A stretch of DNA of 64,000 nucleotides from Marsupella aquatica. Lineage: Eukaryota; Plantae; Marchantiophyta. Positions 60,617-64,000 of the stretch are shown one piece after another; position 1 is the first letter of the stretch, and the number at the start of each line of letters is the position of its first letter. The notes beneath the pieces were generated by a model, which saw only the letters and a program-made list of their open reading frames with translations, did no database searches and had not been told where the DNA came from. The DNA lies in NCBI GenBank assembly GCA_973895155.1, contig OZ316895.1, positions 12,469,929 to 12,533,928 on the forward strand, given 5' to 3'. The position numbers and the translations under genes were made by a program.

Positions 60617-63600
60617 ATGTGTCATCTTAAATCTCACTCGCCCCTTACAATGTCTACTTCCTCTAGTTCTGAAGCTTCCACCACCTCCGCCAGTTCTCAA
60701 GAGTCATTGAACTTCAATTATAACTCTCTGTATGAATATGACCCTGAAGACCCGGATGTCCAAAAATTGGTTAACAATGCGTTGGAGGCGTCAAAGAAAG
60801 CCCAGTTAACTTTTCCACATAAGGCACCACCTGCTTCAACTTCTTGCCTTGCCCTAAGGGCGAGGCAACTTTACTTTAATTTGGATTTCAAACTTCTTAT
60901 TAGGAAAATTTCTATATTCCTTTGCAGTCACCTCGCCCCAAGGTCGAGGCGACGTCTACTTCATTCTAGATTTCTTGTTGCTCCGAAGGCGTATTGGACC
61001 TTGTATCTTACATTAATAAAGGATCTTTAGCTATATTCTATTTTTTGCCTCGCTCTTGGGGCGAGGCGATGTCGTCTGCATTCCTCAAATGTAGTCTGCA
61101 TTCCCAGAAGTTGCCTCGCCCCGATGTTATCTGCATTCCTAAATGTTGTCTGCATTCCCAGAGATGTCCTCTACATTCCTAAATGTTGTCTGCTTTCCCA
61201 GAAGTTGCCTCGCCCTTGGGGCGAGGTGATGTCCTCTGCATTCCTAAATATTGTTTGCTTTCTAGAAGTTGCCTCGCCCTTGGGGCGAGGCGATGTTGTC
61301 TGCATTCCTAAATGTTGTTTGCTTTCCTAGAAGTTGCCTCGCCCTTGGGGCGAGGCGATGTCGTCTGCATTCTTAAATAATGTTTGATTGCTTGGATGAG
61401 GTGGCAGGGCTAATTGCACTAGAAGCAAAGAAGATTTTGCAATCTTCTATTTGTCGCCTCGCCCCAAGGGCGAGGCACCTTGAAAGTTTTCCACATGTCA
61501 ATGTTAAAAATATGATGCTGACCATTTTGTTTTCAATGTTTCTTACCAGGAAAAAATCTTGAGAAGCCGGAGTTAAATATTATGGACGAGGATATCAAGG
61601 ACTTTGTTTTCCCTGACCAAGATCCTCCAGGATTTAGATGGGCACTAGAAGTTGGGGTGTCGGCGGAAGGCAGTCTCTTGATTTGTTTCAAGGGCCTCAC
61701 AAGTCAATTGAATGACCGCAAGACAATTGTTACTCTAGGTCCAGTCGTCCTTCTGAACACGGACAACAACCGCAATGCAACGATTATTGTTGAGTCCAAT
61801 GAGAAATCTCAGTGGATGAGACTTCTAGTGCCAATAAAACTCTACTCGACTTTACTGAATGTTGAGTGGATGGCTCGATTGGAGATAAAGCGTAGCTGAT
61901 ATGGGATTCTTCCCAGATGGAGTAACAATTGATCAGATGTTTGAGAAGACACGTTCTCAAATAAGTGGAGTTGACCTAGTGTTTGGATTTCTCTACGTAA
62001 AGAAGCACATGCATGACAATGCGGACAGTGTGGACCCTCCGTCTACTTGGATAGTTCAAAGGATGATTGATAAGGCACATTTTTCATACGAGCAAGCAAT
62101 CGACAAGAGTTTCATTTTTTGTCCAGAGTTTCAAGAGGCCGCGTGCCGGACGTGGATTTCAGAGATGAAGAAAAAAGAAGCAAAGCATAAGGCAAAGGAG
62201 AGAAAGAAGACAGTGGAAAGAAGTGCGTAATCAAAGACAGAGAAGAAACGAAAGCTTCAAGAGCCGGTTGTTCAACAAGAGAAACAATCTGGGAGTTCAC
62301 GCCGTAAGAAGATGGCTAAAAAAAATGAAGATGATGAGGGCCCCCAAAAAAAGCAGACAAAGAAGGCAAAGGTTGCGAAATCAAAACCAATGTCAGGGTC
62401 GACTTCAAACTTTGTCTTGCATCCAGAGGATGATATGTGTCCGACAGAAGGACCCAAAGAAGATGATGTGCTCAAAGGCCAAGAGGTTTTGCGTAATATT
62501 GAGCAGTATTATACTTTTGGCATCCGCGAAGTTTTTGATATTCCTATAAAAAGTATTAATCCGCCATCGGCCGTTTTTGTATATCGAATGTTCAATCTTT
62601 CGCATGCAATGGAGATATCAAAGTCTATGATGAAAAACCCTGGACAGGAACCACAAGTTGCTGATTTGATTCCGTATCGCGAGAGCACAAAACAGTTGCT
62701 TCATTATGACAACACACCTCAGGATAGGAAAGAGTTTTTGATTGGTGTGAAGAAGCATGAGATCCAATTCCTTGCCATCAGTGGCCAGCATTCTGCAAGA
62801 GCTGCCCAATGGATCCAAGGGTGGGCCGAGACTGACGCCAAGCTGACAGATCTTGCCAACAAACTAAAGTATAGGAAAGCAAGGATCCTATCTGACCTCA
62901 CTCCGAAGACAATTTTGGTTGAGCATTCAAGTTTATCGAATGCTGTCAATGATACTATGCAATTTAAGTCTTGTTTTTTAGAGACTATTGTTCATGCACG
63001 AAGGCAGTTTGAGGAGTGCGGGGAACCGCCGCGTCCAGGGATTGGGACCAATCAAAATACAGACAGGAAAAACTATCAGGTACATGTTGGAGCGACGCAA
63101 ACTATTCTTGATCCGCTTTGTTTAAAGATTGTCAATGGTAGAGGTTTGCCTCGCCCCAAGGGCGAGGCTGCCTTTTCTTGTTTTCCTTGGTTAGAAGATT
63201 AAAGCAAATGTTTGCTTCGCCCTCAGGGTGAGGCAACCTAGACTAGTCTCTCTAAGAATAATTCCCTAGTTCCGTTTCAGTCAATTGCGGTTAGATGTAG
63301 AGGTTCGCCACGCCCTTGGGGCGAGGCGGCTTAGCCTGTTTCAAACATAGGTATAAATTTTCTAACATATGCATTGTACCCTGAAACTAATGTCAAGTCC
63401 ATTGGATATGTAGGATTGGTTTGCCCTGGCAAAGGTTACAATGGGGAAGTCAAGCCTAAAGAGCATTTATTGGTTACTTTTTGCCGAAGATGAGCTCTTT
63501 GAATTATGGCGGAACGTGTGTGCAAAATGGTTGAGTGGGAAGCTCCAAGACAGGGCTGGTGGGTATGGAGGGCCAAGACCCCCAAAATTGATCACTCCCG

Positions 63601-64000
63601 GTACCTTTCGATGCTTTGAAGGAGAGATTAGTAGCAAACAGATAATTGAGATCTTGAAGGACGTTGAAGAGGAGCGTGTCTTGCTGAAGAAGGATATCAC
63701 CAACAAATCAGAGCTTGTCGCAATGGGAGACTCGGCCCTTACAATCAAGATAATGTCCAAATTGAGAACAGTCATTATTGGCTATTTTGTGGAAAAGTAT
63801 CGTGAGAAGTTTCCTGTTGGCACATCTTGGGAGTCTCTGGTGATATTGTTGCCTTCCTTGAAATCTGAGCTTGAGATGACAAAATTGAGGAGAGCAGCGG
63901 GTGAGGTTTACCTCAACAATTCATTGAAGAAGAATGTGGTCAAGGAGAGTTTCCCACAAAGTCTGATGGTCAGACTAGATGGGTTGTATTGTAAAGAATT
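60617..64000 (+). pseudogene. Spliced transposon accessory gene with ParB/Sulfiredoxin-like domain, 3' end beyond the window
   Basis: Exon about 60617/60650-60823 (MSTSSSS..YEYDPEDPDVQKL). Exon about 61550-63079 with one frameshift (about 61895) and one in-frame TAA (62228-62230), including VFDIPIKSINPP..VYRMFNLSHAMEISKSMMKNPG...FLAISGQHSARAA...RKARILSDL...SNAVN...SCFLETIVHARRQF. Donor CAG|GTACAT at 63080, acceptor TAG|GAT at 63413, then an open frame DWFALAKVTMG...GLYCKE to 64000. Confidence 0.65.
61040..61380. repeat. ~65-bp tandem repeat containing the GCCTCGCCC-TTG-GGGCGAGGC palindrome, in an intron of the ParB-like gene
   Basis: Units AGAAGTTGCCTCGCCCTTGGGGCGAGGCGATGTCGTCTGCATTCCTAAATGTTGTTTGCTTTCC with palindromes at 61047, 61207, 61271 and 61336, plus deleted units between them. 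Confidence 0.9.

Larger units (their letters stand above)
54313..64000. mobile_element. Large two-gene DNA transposon (divergent transposase and ParB/Srx-like gene). Left boundary approximate, right end beyond the window
   Basis: Transposase-like gene at 55313-59032 (-) and spliced gene from 60617 to the window end (+) are head-to-head. Both decayed by similar stops and frameshifts. Internal palindromic tandem arrays. AT-rich terminus-like sequence from about 54313. TIR/TSD cannot be tested because the other end is missing. Confidence 0.7.

Overview
Eukaryotic, intron-rich plant genomic DNA. The exon structure and protein sequences suggest a bryophyte, possibly a liverwort (inference). There are three intact host genes, which I spliced by hand from GT/GC-AG boundaries: translin (737-3335, minus, 7 exons), prolyl oligopeptidase (5707-11418/11211, minus, 12 exons) and the eIF2-alpha kinase GCN2 (27777-41375, plus, about 29 exons). 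Between them are several MITEs with identifiable TIRs/TSDs, a 5'-truncated L1-type LINE with TSD and A-rich tail, and several tandem repeats. 41.4-52 kb has no supportable coding feature. From about 54.3 kb to the window end lies a large, slightly decayed two-gene DNA transposon. Its minus-strand DDE-type transposase (Sola/DUF7869-like core) carries three tandem TNP1/En/Spm-like N-terminal repeats. It is transcribed divergently from a spliced gene with a ParB/Sulfiredoxin-like domain. That gene's introns contain about 10 copies of a 9-3-9 palindrome (GCCTCGCCC-nnn-GGGCGAGGC), and a different 9-3-9 palindrome array sits upstream of the transposase. A second notable signal is a poly-Arg uORF (MRRRRRHG*) overlapping the GCN2 start codon. 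All family assignments come from motif recognition, not database searches.
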